Notes: generated by a model not told the origin, from the letters alone. 62,967 bases of DNA, filler included, from Platydemus manokwari (GCA_037951405.1; 5 parts of 5 records of this genome joined end to end with filler, not necessarily neighbours in it); one strand, 5' to 3'. Shown: positions 25,633 through 39,822, numbered from the whole stretch's first letter. Translations and numbers: made by a program.

Positions 25633-28091
25633 GAATAAAATTGATTATTCCTTATCAGCATAAGAAAATAGTATAAAAGCAGAAAGAAAAGTCAAGAAAT
25701 CGAACACAAAAATAACCAATAAAAACTAAAGAGGATAAAATTAACATTTTAATTAGATAATCTTGCTGTTTGTAAGTGATGGAAGGAAGATACTATAAAG
25801 TATATCATATGTTAAAGTATATGTCAACGAAAAGGATATTCATTATCTTAACTTTACCTAGTTAAATAATCTTTTAAAGTGTCTATCTGGTAAAATCTTG
25901 ATTCTTTCGCATGCTACAGTAAATAGTTTGAGTGAAACTCTTTAACAAGTCAATACAATTATTTATGGTGTATAACATTTACAATGGCATTAAAATTATG
26001 AATTGTGTATAATATTTGTTGTATCTTTAAAAGTCGTTTCGATAGTCTTCACGCTTTTGAATTTAAATTGAGAAAAATTATATCTTATATTGTATAATCA
26101 TGTTGGATTGAGATTGTGATTCAACAATAGTGAAGAACTCACATTCGTAAAAAATTATAGAAGAATAACCCCAACATAATATTTTATTATCAACAAGACC
26201 TTGATAAAATCTAAATTTAATCTCAATCTTAATGGCAATTGATAGTTGTCAAATTTTTTGTATTCTCGGGATTCGAATCAGAAGTCATTTCTTTTTTAAC
26301 AAATCAAATACATCCATTTTTTCAAAAAAATTAAAAATTAATAATTTTAATACTGAACATAACAGTATTATTTTAGCAACATCATTTTATAAATATTAAT
26401 ATGGTAAATTTATTTTTAACATCAATTTTTAAAAATTTCTTTTCAGTTAAATTTTAATTATTTATCGCGTTTTTAAATTAACGTCACAAAAATGATAAAA
26501 TTACAATGGTGATTTAGACATAAAATTGGAGTTCAGATTTGAAGAATTACTTTTAAAATCCTTTAATGGTTATATTTGAAAAGAAAATATGAAGTTATTG
26601 TCTTTTGAAATTTATTGGTATTAAATTGAATAAAATACGAGAATTCTCATAAAATTATTTATTTAATCTTGATTTAGAGATAATTTATTAAACCTTCTTT
26701 TTAAATGATAACCTTAAAAAATTAGTAACATAGTAATCATGGTAATAACAAAAAATTAAGAAAACTTTACAAGTTTCTCATTTACTTACTAAATTTATCG
26801 CTTATTTAAAAAAAACAGTAGAGATTGTTTCATTAACTACATTCGTATGCTTTATTCTTCCATCAATGGCTGACTTTTATGCTTTATTCGAATCATTTAA
26901 ATTTAATATGTCCAAAATTTAGAATTCAATATTATAGCTTTGTTAAATAAATAATTTTTTAACCAATAAAACAAGCTGTAAATAAACCGTGCAAATATAA
27001 AATAAATTTATTTTTTCACGACAATTATTCAAAAATACATAGTTTATATATAAAACGGAGATTTATATTACAATATTAACATTATGCAATGGCTTAAGAA
27101 CAAAACAAATTTCAATGCAGAAAATGTTCATCGGGATTTTTTAAAAATCCGCCAATGTATGAATAGGAAAGATTCTCTCAATCAAATAGAATTTTTTAGA
27201 TGAAATTACAGGCGCCTGGTATGATTTACTAAATTCATTTTTGATCACAACTTTCTATCCATGATTAATTGAAAACAATGGAAATAAATTTTGTAAAACA
27301 GATCTATGAAATCTTATCATTCAACTATCGAAAATAAACCGATGAAAATATCTCACACCAAGCAATTAATTAAGCATTGGGACTAAATCTTAAAAGTTGC
27401 TTATTTCAATTCATTTTTAATTTGATCTAAATATTACGAAGTTTACAAAATAATCTAACCTGGTTTATGTATTCCGACTTAAATCACGTTTAAGTATATT
27501 TTGTGTAACAAAATAAGCTTAATTTATCAAACATTTTTGACCTCGTAGTATTTATTTTCAATAAATATCAGGGCTTGATGAAACGAATGAATGAAAGTTA
27601 TTTTTAAAAAGTATTTGAATTGGAAATACACAGAGGGGATTAGCAGCGTTATTAATGATATCTTATTGTCTAATTAGTATATGCAACAAAGGATTAATAA
27701 TTTATTAAGCATTTCTTGCTTTTTTTAAATAAAAACTCGATATTTTCATTAATTCCTCAAGATTTGGGAAAAGTTAAACATTTATTCAAGGATTTATCAT
27801 TTTTGTTGTTAATCATATATGATATGATACTTTGTAAATCAGGTTTATAATTACGTAATTCTTAATTAATAAATCAATAATTTTTAAATATTTTTGAGCA
27901 TTTAAAATTTCAATTATTGAGTTTCAACTCTTCGAAAGATATAAAAGTTATGTACCGATATTAAGTGATTTTTCGGAAATCGTTATTTAGAGTATTATTG
28001 GTTATTAATTATCCTGAGAATTCCAAGAGACATTTAATCAAATAAATGAAAATACCATCACATGTTTTTATTCATAAGGCATTTTTTAAAG

Positions 28092-28174
28092 CAGGGGTGC
28101 GCAAACTTTATGTATTATTATTATATATTTATTATGTATTATTATATATTTATTATTAGCTACTGACACCCCTA
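28092..28174. mobile_element. Tiny hAT-like MITE remnant
   Basis: Left end CAGGGGTGCGCAAACT resembles hAT-Charlie TIRs, the right end is CACCCCT, and there is an AT tandem duplication inside. No 8-bp TSD. Confidence 0.35.
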
Positions 28175-30047
28175 AAATAGGTCACATAATAGATCATAGC
28201 TCCCATATGAAATACTATTTCAAATGAAATAATTATCTTCTTCATAGCAAGATATGATTCAAATTATGCGTTTTTATTAATTAATAATTTTATCACGACA
28301 CAAAAATGTCAGTTAATTGAAAAAAATAAAGCAACAATAAAATTAAATTTTATATTAAAATTTAAAATTTTAGAGGCCCCCTATATAATGTTTTGCTCTT
28401 AGTTTGCGCATTTCTTTTTTAAAGGATAATAAGCCTGTGTTTGAAATACAAATAAGACAAATGCTATCTGAAAACGAGGATATTTTATTTAGTGTCATAA
28501 TGCAGAAACCTGTTGTTAAGAATAATAATATGCGCGAAATCCGTGCGAAGTCTAGAATATTTAGAGTACTAAAAAATCGAAAAATTCGCAAGAGTGCAAT
28601 TTATTGCACATGATAAATAAAAAAGTGGAATAAACTTGATTTGTAAATTTTCTGGTTTAATGTGCTATTTAATTCGGAATATCAGATATTATCTTAGCAT
28701 TTTAAAATTGAATAGAATTGGTATAACTTTCCATTATTATTGCAATTGTATTTTTCGATTTAAATATTATATCTCATTTTCTGTCTCGATTAGCATACTG
28801 AATGCATTGATAAAAAGAACCAAAATATGAGATTAATTACAAAAAATCCCAAAATTAAATTGGTAGAATATATTCAAATTTATGTTCTCATAAAGATCTT
28901 ATGTATATTGGGCACCGCCCGATTTGTTGAACATACATTCAATATTGAAATGAGATCTAATTAATTGTCCAATAACACTTTCCACTTCCAATGATTTCCA
29001 ATCCATGAAAATCCGTAAAATTCCATCGACATATGATTCTATATGTGTAATTGTTATGAGCATAAATATATTTGAAGAATAAAATAAATATCTGTCCTAA
29101 TGTTCATGTTTTCATGATTTGTAAAGTGAAATAATTGTATATTTGTAAAACTTGTATGTAACTAATCACTTCTTCCACAATTTTCTATGAATTTCTCTCT
29201 ACACACGTAACCGATATAACCGACAAAAATAACCAAAATCTACTAACGTAGATCATTAGTTAAAAGTGAAATAGCGTTCTCAAGTCACACATTTGAATAA
29301 CATGGCTATTGAATTGTTATCAAATATATTTACAAAACAGAGCACAAGTCCGATGTTGTAATATTTGATTATAGTAAAAGATTAACAGAAACAATGTAAA
29401 TATTTCGGCCTGATAATAAAACTTGTTTCATCCACAGAAAATGAGCATAATTCAATAAAATAATTCATGGAATTTTAGAAGAAATAGAGATTAATCGATT
29501 GTGTAATTTTCAAATCTGATAAATGTCTGATTTTCATTGATTTTTAGAATAGAAATATAAATCAGTCTGTAAGCCATGTAGATTACAGCACTACATTCTA
29601 GTAATGGGTGATATTGTGTTTATTAAAAAAAAAAGATCATACGTTATTTTTTATCACATTTTCTATATTAGAGTAATAATAAATAGAAAAAAACAATCAT
29701 TTCTATCATTGACTAGGATTTCCAAATCATCTCATGAAAGATCATTGCAATGTTTTAATTCATTGTTAAAGCAATTGTTTTAATGAAGCAATATTTTACA
29801 ACTTGCCTAAATAATAATTTAGGCTACTTATAATCATCATCATAATAATAAATAATATTATTTGAATAATATAATATATTTTCTTGTAAGTTTTCCGGCC
29901 CTCCCCTTACACCTCAATGTCATAGATTGATTGGATAAAATCACATCAAACCAATGAGAAGATAAAGAGAATATTAATGAAAATATATTTATAGATCAAA
30001 TACATATTTAGCAATCACATTTGAACATCATCAAATTTATAATAACA

Positions 30048-33000
30048 TTAATCCAGTCCCGCTCCAACGGGAGAATATGAATCATTGTCTTGACAATATA
30101 CTTTAGTCGATACTTCATAATCATCATTATAACAATATGATCTCTTCAAGGATCTACGATTATCCCCATTGATTACTGTCGGTACAAATTTTGAACCATG
30201 TGAGGGAGGAGTGTAATCGTCGTCGTCGACTTCATCATAATCATCAACATCATCATTATCATCATCTTCATAAATATCATCGTTATTATTATAGTCATCG
30301 TTGAGGTAGTCAATATGTGTAGTTTCAAATAGATCTGAATCGGTTTGTTTTTGATATTCATCGGAATAAAATTCAGAAGAGACTAATTGATCATCATAAT
30401 CATCTTCTTGATTAATATAATTAACTTTCGATTTGAATTTTCCTCGTTTGCCAGCTGTTTGTTTATTCTTAGCACTGATATTATCATGGCCTGGTAAAAC
30501 AAATGAACTGCATTATTCAAAGAGAATAAGTATTGGTTGTGGTCAAATAAATCTGTGAAGTAGTAAATACTAGAAAAACCACATTTATTCTATCTATGGT
30601 AGAGTTGTATAATAAACCATTACAAATCATACGTGTATGAAAGTATAATATAAAAGCGTATTTTATGCATAAACATTTGCATGTGTGTGTGTGTGTGTTT
30701 GATATGATAGCATATTTAAACAATGTTGTATATGGTAGAGCCAATCAGTTTCTAACGATTTCATATGGAATAACCATTATGGAATAAATTTATAATTATA
30801 TTTATAGATTTATTAGCTTCACATTATAATCAATCTTTACAAATTTATCACCACAGATTATTAGCTCTATAATAATGAGACAGATACATTGAATTATTTT
30901 AAGATAAAAATCTACTGAAATACTAATTAAAGTGGAAATTATTGTTGCAGTAAAATAAAATGAATAGAAATTATAGAAAAATTCATTTAGATTATTATTC
31001 GACAAACAAGTATTCACTGATAAGAGAAGTATAAAATAGTAAATCTTGATCAAATAATAATTAAGTTTTGCGAAAAATGATTGAAATGAATTCCAAACAA
31101 TTGAAATGTTAAGTTGAATAAAGAAATGTTGGTCGGTGTTTAGATAATGTTTGAAATGATATTTCCTTAACAATTATATACAATAATATGCCAATATTAT
31201 GCGATAAAATCATCGATTTAACAATACATCAACAAATCATTCACAATACACTATTTGTTGTTGTGATTATTTGTAAAAATCACTTGGTAAATATTTATTG
31301 ACATCTGATCGTGTTATGGTTGTTTATTATTGTCAACAATTGAAAAATCAATCAATTGAGGTAGAAGAATTGGAGAAAATGAAACAAAAAACTGCTCCAT
31401 TCAACCAAGTTCAGTAGAATTGATAAAAGAAAAATCTCATAACAGGAAATATAATCATGACAGTTGTCAAATATTTCAGCCAGTCAAATCATTACAATAG
31501 TAAAATTATCATAGAAAATTGATTTTCCAAAACATTCCAATTTTAGACTTATAGAACAGCGCATAAATCGATATATTTTTTGCAGAATTTTTTCGATGAT
31601 ATTATTAATTATGTTTTGCGACAAAATTTATCGATTTCATGGTGTAATTGTTATTGGTGATCATATTAATAATAAACGATTGATTATTACGAAATTGAAA
31701 AACCGATTTCATATCCGATACAATGATATCAGAATATATTAATATATATCCCCATCAAATAAGCACACAAAATAATAATGTAAATAATTGATCACAATTT
31801 TTATAAACAGTTCAAATCCCATATGCACATCAAAAATAAAATGGAAATCATAAAGAAAATCTACAATCGATGATATTTTCGAACGAAATTCTCTTTCCTC
31901 CGGTAATAATATTATTATGGATCAAATTGATATATATTAATTTCCATTGATTGATGTTGTAAAAGCAAATAATTGATCTGGGCTTATCTTCAATAATATC
32001 AGTCACGAATTATTAACGAAACAAATCATTAATAGAATGAATTTATCTTCTTGATGGAGATGATTTGAGACCGAATTTGTCAACTAATATTTTTAAATAA
32101 TCAATCGGTTTCCATGGCAACCCGAGTCCAATCATATCATGATAAATCACTAATTTTTGTGTTGCGAAAAATGATTCAAGAAACGTATTAATCGATCGTC
32201 ATTTTTGCGCTGATTTTGAAAGCCATTTAAATCCACATGATATTATCTTTTGCATTTTATAAATATTGATTTTTTATACATTTTTTAAAAAATTTATGAT
32301 AAAATCAATTTTGCTACTATTTATTTATAAATCGTTTAAACCGGAAAGTTTGAGTGTGCTACTTTAAAAGCACAAAATCAACACAAAATATCTGATGATT
32401 TTTGACAAAAATTTATCAGTTTTTAATTAATATTTATATACAAATATAATTCTAAATAATTAACTATGTCAATTAATAATTGTAAAATTAACTCTATAAC
32501 TATAATACAATACTAAACCCAATCATAAAATGTATTACCTTCATCTTCTTCTTGATCTTCCGAATCGTAGAAATTTGCATAACAATCATCTTCATAATAT
32601 TCATCTGATTCGTATTCACCAACTTCTTCGGACCTATTTCAATATTATCGTAAACATTTACCGCATAAAAACACTTTCTTACTCAAGATAACCATCAAGA
32701 TACTTCAAATTTGGAATCATTTCAAATATTTTCCTACGATAGTTTTCACTTTCTGATAATTCACAATTTGATAAATCTAATGTTTCCAAGTTTTGTAATT
32801 GTGAAAGCGGTTTAATGTCGTTAACGGTGCGGAATTTATTATTTGTCAAAAGCAGTTGATTTAGTTTAGAGCATGATTTTAAATGTTCTAATCCACAAGA
32901 AATTCGGTTGTCACTTAAATCAAGCTACAATAAGATCATATTAATATATAAACTTCCATTTTCAATCAAACCTTTTCTAAACTAGGTAAAGAAGGAAAAT

Positions 33001-33217
33001 TTTTCAAAGATATCAAACCAACATTGACCAATGATAATTGGCGTAGATTTTTATATTCACTGGATAGTCCTTCAATATTCATAGCTTTGGAATTGTCCAG
33101 AATAAGTTCAGTAATCTTAAATAGTATGAGGTAATCTTAAAAATGAGAAAAACTATTTACTTCTGCTGGATCTCTATGTCTTAATTCTAATTTAATTCTT
33201 TCACTCAAGTTAATCAT
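30048..33217 (-). CDS. ANP32: Acidic leucine-rich nuclear phosphoprotein 32; exons 33217-33161, 33115-32972, 32924-32683, 32633-32539, 30490-30048 (326 aa)
   Basis: MINLSERIKLELRHRDPAEITELILDNSK...VNVGLISLKNFPSLPSLEKLDLSDNRIS.GLE.L...NYRRKIFEMIPNLKYLDGY followed by an acidic tail. GT-AG introns of 45, 47, 49 and 2048 nt are all phase-compatible. Joining of the last exon is inferred from phase and composition. Confidence 0.9.
32108..32132. promoter_or_regulatory. RFX X-box (GTTTCCATGGCAAC) with adjacent CCAAT box, inside ANP32 intron 4
   Basis: Near-perfect palindromic 14-bp X-box at 32108-32121 and CCAAT at 32128-32132. Confidence 0.45.
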
Positions 33218-34858
33218 TAAAAAATAAAAATTAATGGATTCAGATGTAATAAAATATTTTAAATTATTGTGATGAAAGTTAATGTATTAAGAAATAGCAT
33301 ATTAAAACAATTGATAGTAAAATAATCAAGGTAGTGTTTAATTTGTACAAAATTAGTACTAATATAATATTAAGTCTACAATTATTTTGCAAATTATCTT
33401 TAAAATATTTCACTTTTATGATTTTAAATAAAATCTTTAATATTGAGACTCCTTTACTATTGAAGAATTCGTTATTAATTTGAAAAATATTTCAAAATTT
33501 ATTAATCATGAATTTTTTTAATTAAATTACTTCCACTTATGACGCTATTTCAATTGAATGAATTGACTTGTATTAATGTCAATATTCAAAGAAATTAACA
33601 AATAAATAACATCTGACTTTGGAAAAAATTCAAAATTATACATAAATTAACTCATTAAAAGTTGCATTATTTAATAAAAGAAAAACAAAGAAAGAGAAAA
33701 TGTTGGACTATAATGTAAAATTATTCAATTTTTTAGATTCGAAATATCTTATTTGACAAAAAACTTAGTACTTATTTTGTAATTAAAATAATTCTTAATA
33801 TTATACAAGCATTGTTGAATTTTATAAATATAGGCACCTCAAGACTAAACCGCAAATGATGAGATTAAGATTCAAATCCTTGTAACATATTTTATATAGA
33901 TCCTTATTTTAGTCTTACAATCAATTTAGCTTCAATATTTAGTACATACCAATAACTTTAAAGTCTGTGAAATTAATAAATATTCTTACAATAAAAAACT
34001 CTATTTATTAGAATGATTAATCAGCCATATATAAGCAGTAATTCAGTTTTTGATTTTTCTTTTGATGGGAACTTTATAAATGCATCTTCTTATCAGAATT
34101 TTTTTGTTCAATTTAACTCGTTTCACTATCGTCTTGAATAGTATCTTTGTTTACCGGGATGTTTAAATTGTGCACTTCGACTGATTTTAACACATCTTTT
34201 ATACTCCTGATTTTATAGCATATCACTTAGTTTAACACCATTACCTTTAAATTTATTGTCTTTAAATTTCTCCTACCCACTGACAATTCTGTAAATTTGA
34301 TTTATTGTATATTAAAACTTCTTACCAATAGGTGGAATTAGAGTATTGCATAACGTATGTGCAAAACGATTTTATTAAACACAAGCACACCTTTATAATG
34401 GCCTTTACATTATAAAGCAAGAAAGTTAACAGTTTTTAAAATAATACATTTATACAATGACTGATCGTGTTTTTTGTCTATACACAATCAATCTCCACTA
34501 CGTATTACTACATTGTAGCGTTTCTTATCCGGTACTATTATACTTTATTATCTGATATATATTAGTATTATTGTTATTAAATTATGATATTACTTTTCTT
34601 AACATTATGGCCATCAAATCGTCATTCTCTCTATGACCTGTTACTGCTATTTCTTATTGCTCCCATAATTATTATTCAACGTCTTTTATTCTTACTATCA
34701 TTACTATAATAATTATTGAATTAAAATAAACATATTTATTATCATGCACAAAAATTATTTTATATAATTATCACAATTAATGTTTGAAAAATTATATCTA
34801 TTAAATTCAGATGCAGTTCCACTATACATTGTCAATGTTTGTTCAAATTTGGGTTTTT

Positions 34859-35240
34859 TGTTCTAGCGACAGGGTTACACTTATAGAAAAATGATCTGAG
34901 TAAACAATCGAGATTTGGTCAAGTATTTCGAAGATAGATTGAATTCAGTTGGATAATGTCTTTCAATAAGTTGATTGTTTACTGAATTTGGAATGGGATA
35001 TAGACATTAGTAAATTGAGAATTTTTAAGATGGGGTTGACTTGTTATATGAAGTGAATTGAGAATCGTGAGATTAATTATAAATAATGAGAATTATATGA
35101 GGTAGAGAATTTTTAAGATTGAGATAATTTGTTATTTAAATTAATTTGAAAGGTCCTTAAATATTTTGTATTATTCAACACATAATAGCTTTAATTGAAT
35201 ATTGGAAATTATTCTTGTTTCATAGCTTAACACCTTCCCC
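34859..35240 (-). mobile_element. 3' LTR (~374 bp, TGTT...AACA) preceded by a polypurine tract
   Basis: On the minus strand GGGGAAGG (35240-35233) directly abuts TGTTAAGC, and the segment ends GCTAGAACA at 34859. Confidence 0.5.
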
Positions 35241-38200
35241 GACAAATAAAATTCATTTGATGAGTTTGAGTATGCAGCTTGTACACAATTTCATACTATC
35301 CAACCAGTCAGTACTTCCCATACAAATGCAAAGCACATTTAAATTATGACATCAGATAGTAACAGCCTCATGTTTTACGACCTGATCATTCGACGACAAC
35401 AATTTAATCTTCTTCTAGCCCAGATCACTGGACCACTACTTTGACAATATCAAACTTGAAACTCCATCTTAGTCCATCATCATTAACGGTTCATCAATTC
35501 ACAAATAACAAAAAAACAATAAAAGAATTTTGTCAATACCAACATGGAACGCTACCTTCTAAAACTGGATTGCAGATAGATTTCTCGTCTATATTCTTAA
35601 ACCGCCAATAAAAATTCATAAAATCAATTTAAAATCGAAAAGAAGAATTCTCCCATCACGTCGTGCAGATAATGTGTTTATGTGTAAATAAATATTGATT
35701 TTATTGCAATAACATAATTTAAATGAGGTTATTAACAGTTTTAAAGGAGCAAATATATAAAGATAAATCCAGGACATTTGAGACGAAATTGAATGAATTT
35801 TTCGGAGTCAAAAAGTTAAATTTGATAGCAAGTTCTGTAAAGCAAATTATAAGTCATGAAAAATATAAATTACTATAGTCATAAGAAATTATTTAAAAAA
35901 AACATTGCATAAGTAGACTTGTTTAAAAATTAGGAGTAAATATTGGAAATGTATATCTGTCTAAAAGGAGGTATTGGAAAGTGAATGGTACTTTTTGATA
36001 AATATTTAGATGCCAAAGTTGTTCCGGTTACCTTCACAGAATAAGGTGTGAAATCGGAAACCATAACTTTAAAAGAATATTTTAAAGAAAACAATATGAA
36101 ATTTTAATAAATTTAATAAAAAAAACAAGTTAAAATTAGGAAAGTTATTTAAAAATTAAAAGCAAATACATTAAAAATAAAACATCACGAAAAGCATACA
36201 CTGATAATGAAAAAATTAAATTCTAAAGAAAAAAAATCTTCAAACCATCAAAATAAATTACATTAAAATAACATTTAATCTAACATTTAATGAAACAATT
36301 GACAAGATGAAACAAACCAAAATTCCTGAATTTTACAGAACCATCAATGTTAAAACCCATGAAAACTGGATTAATTAGTCACAAAAGATTCTAACAACTA
36401 AAGTAGATAATTTCAGGATTCTTGTTTAGTTAATAAATTTTTTGGTTCTTGATTTGGTTTTAACAATAAAAAATAAATTTTCCAAACGATTACAAAGCTT
36501 TCTAACTAACAATAAAATAATAAATTTAATCTATAAAAATTCCAATTTTCAGGATTTACACTATTTTTAAAGTTCATAAGAATGAATTTATAAATGAAAA
36601 CTTATCACAGGAAAAATTGTTATTACCAACTTTTATAACATAACATCATATAATTTCTTAATATAAATTTATATGCAATTATGCATATGTAAGTTATTGT
36701 AAACTGTAATTTTTTAAGTAATGGTTTATAAATTTTATTAATATAGATAATTTTATAAATTTTTACATTTCAAAATAATTATGACAAAATAAGAATTCAA
36801 ACCTTATTAAATCAAATGAAAATATAATATTTTAAAGCTAAATCGAGACCTAAATGACTTAAATTGTTTCAGCAACTTGGATTCAATGTAATCTATTGGA
36901 ACAAGAATTTTATTATGCAAAAAGATTAACATATTTATTGTGATATGCATTAATTAGAATCTGATTTTGAATTTACCTTAATAATTCTAGAACCGAAACA
37001 GTTAACTTCCAGAGTAGCATTTGAACTTTAGCATCCGAGTTATGATAATGAATTATATTGATTAATAATAATCTTTGTTTAATTTGTTTTTCATTTGTTT
37101 ATATCTTATTGTTTTCATGAATATTTAAATATTGCTTTTATGTATTTTTTTTACAAAATTTTATATTAAAAATTGTTATTCAATAACAGAACAAGTCGGT
37201 AATTGTAAAACAGAACAAACCCAATAAAATGTTAGCGAAACCACATGGTAACTTTACAATCGGATGAAGGATGAATTATTCAATTAATCGAATTAATTAT
37301 GACGTAACAGAGAAATTTACAAAAGCCATTAGTAACATAAAAAGAGATATTTACATAAAATTTTTTTATGATATATGTAATATTTTACAAAATTCTGTTT
37401 AATTGAACCTCTAATCATGCTATTTGTGAATTTCTAGACATGTTTTCATGAAATAATAAAATGAGTCTCAATTTCTAAAGCTAGAGTTTACAAATCTGCA
37501 TAAGAAAGGGTCAAAGAATCTTCACGAAATTAATAATAATATTTATTATTATCATTATCATAATAATTTTACATAATTTACCGATAATTGATGATTCTTT
37601 AATTGATAATTAGGATTGCATCTTTGATTCAATCTAATCGTTAGTTTTATGAGAGATAAATTTCTAAATTTATCAACGAAACAAATTAAAAATGATAGCA
37701 ATTAAAAAGGATAAATTAAATTTATGAACTCTTTCGGTCAATCTAAGATACAATCATTTAGATTATCAGCTTCAAGTCCTTTCTTGAACAGACGAGGTCA
37801 CATTCACACAGCAAACACTGCTTGTATGGTCTGTTTTGTATAATCCAAATCTCACAATTCATTGATTTAATTCATAAAACTTTCTAACTTTTAACTGCGT
37901 CACTCATCAGCAAGCATTCTCGGTATTGATGTCAATCCCACAATATTGAGTAATGAAATTATTTTATCTGATCGAAATCGGAATGTTTTATTGTTTTCAA
38001 ATATCTATGATCAAGTCTAAATAATTGAAACATGAATCTGTAAAATATGATGATTTTATTTTAAATGCTGACGATTTGTTAATTTATGAGTCTTTCTTGA
38101 TACCTGCATTGTCTCTAAAACTCAAAACAACTTAAAATTAGCCAATAATAGTATTAATAAAATTTCTTTGTTAAACCTGAGATATCTAATTAATGGAGAA

Positions 38201-38607
38201 TTTCTTTAGGAATAGTTTTGATTTGAAGTCTCCACAAAATCTGCAAAAATTAATTAAGTAAATAGAGATATTGTGGCATTGTATTCGTAATTTATTTCTC
38301 ATGATATTGAACAGAGTAAAAACATTTCACTCTTCCTAATATTACCATTGTAAACAAAAGTGCAAAAAAGATTAAAATATAATTTTAATCTATTTAATTT
38401 TCAAATAATGACAAATTTATTTCCATTTGGTTTTTAAATATTTTATAATGAAAATGACACTGAATAACTAATGCCATTTTCAGACGAAATTAAATATGAT
38501 TAATAAAATAGTTCTAACAAAAATACATGACAAAAAAATTATTTAAAATTACAACGATTATTTTTCCGAAAAATGTTACTTAAAAAAGAAAACAAAATTT
38601 GATGTCT

Positions 38608-39822
38608 TTAATGTGTCGTTCGTTTGAAATCAGAAGTTTCCATTAATTTATAAAACATTGAACAGAATTTCCCCATAATACTAGTTTCATCTATACCAGT
38701 TAAGTGGGAATCTACCATTTCTTGTTCTTTATTGAATTCCTGACGAATTATTAAAGGTGTCAATCTGGCACAAATATTTCGACGTATTTTTTCAGTTTCA
38801 CTCGTATTGGCATTTAATTGATCTGCATAATAATTAGTAAGATTCTCCAAATGTTCTATTAGCATTTGAAGCATCTTATGACTATCTATGGGTAAACGCT
38901 TCAAGATTCTCGTATAATCTCTTTGCAAAGTTTTTGATGTAGATCTTTCTAATATTTCCTGCAATTGATACGGTATCAAAGGTTGGGGAGTTTCATTCAA
39001 TAACACTTGGATTAACTTTTCTATTCGGCTAACATTCCATCGTTTATCGTTTGATAATTTTATTTTATGTCCAGCTTGACCTTCCAAAGCTCGCAAAAGA
39101 GTTCCAATGTCAACATCTTTCAGTTCTTTAATTTCATTGCGTTTCTTTTGGCCTTTACGAAACCGCCTATTTTCCACTTCATCAATACATGTTTTTAGAA
39201 GATCACAAGTTAAATTCATTTTGATGCCAAATTCTTCTAGCCAAAAGAACTTTTCATTATCAGATCTAGCTTTCAAAACCAAATCACTGACCATATCTTT
39301 ATCGACCTTTTTCACTTTCAATTGAAATGCTTCGCGTTCTTTAATTTGAATGTAACATATTTCTTTAGAGCTTAAAATAAAATACGATCTCTTGGTAGCG
39401 GGTTTTTTAGGATCAAACAGTGTCAACAAGCTTTCTTTTAAATCCAAAGAATAATTTAGCAATTTCAATGCAACACTGTCATCATTATGAAAAATGTATT
39501 TATGAATTTTTCCTTGTTCTTTAATTGTCTTAGTATCACCATAATCCACTTGCACAAGTTGCTTATTTGTTTCAGCACTTACCTTATCCTTTGAACGTGA
39601 TTTCTTGGGATGGTCATCCATTTTTTTGTTACTTTTTTGTTTGCCATGGTGCAAATCATCTTCATTTCTATAAAGAGTTTTAGAATTAGAATTTTTCAAT
39701 AGTTCATTGGAATAAGTAGGTTTGAGAATTTTTTTTTCGTGTGTTTTTGATTTGATGGGGTTTGTTACATTTAATTGTTTTTCGTCACCTCTGTTAATTC
39801 TCTTTTGATAGAGTTTATTCAT
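38608..39822 (-). CDS. Intronless 404-aa PH-domain + divergent RhoGAP-domain protein
   Basis: PH-like segment: KRSYFILSSKEICY...LVLKARSDNEKFFWLEEF. RhoGAP-like segment: LLKTCIDEVENR...LLNETPQPLIP...LKRLP..SHKMLQMLIEHL...NICARLTPLIIR. This is the longest ORF in the window. Confidence 0.75.
   Translation of the reverse strand: MNKLYQKRINRGDEKQLNVTNPIKSKTHEKKILKPTYSNELLKNSNSKTLYRNEDDLHHGKQKSNKKMDDHPKKSRSKDKVSAETNKQLVQVDYGDTKTIKEQGKIHKYIFHNDDSVALKLLNYSLDLKESLLTLFDPKKPATKRSYFILSSKEICYIQIKEREAFQLKVKKVDKDMVSDLVLKARSDNEKFFWLEEFGIKMNLTCDLLKTCIDEVENRRFRKGQKKRNEIKELKDVDIGTLLRALEGQAGHKIKLSNDKRWNVSRIEKLIQVLLNETPQPLIPYQLQEILERSTSKTLQRDYTRILKRLPIDSHKMLQMLIEHLENLTNYYADQLNANTSETEKIRRNICARLTPLIIRQEFNKEQEMVDSHLTGIDETSIMGKFCSMFYKLMETSDFKRTTH

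Noticed and set aside
27085-27720. Possible gene starting MQWLKNKTNF
   Set aside because: Stops persist under every splice model tried, and no homology was recognised.
28900-29065. 55-codon minus-strand frame (ESYVDGILRIFMDWKSLEV...)
   Set aside because: Isolated, with no partner exons or motif.
30500-32500. Nested protein-coding gene within ANP32 intron 4
   Set aside because: Only low-complexity AT-rich ORFs, with no consistent exon chain on either strand.
39107-39325. 72-aa plus-strand ORF
   Set aside because: Antisense shadow of the PH-RhoGAP gene.
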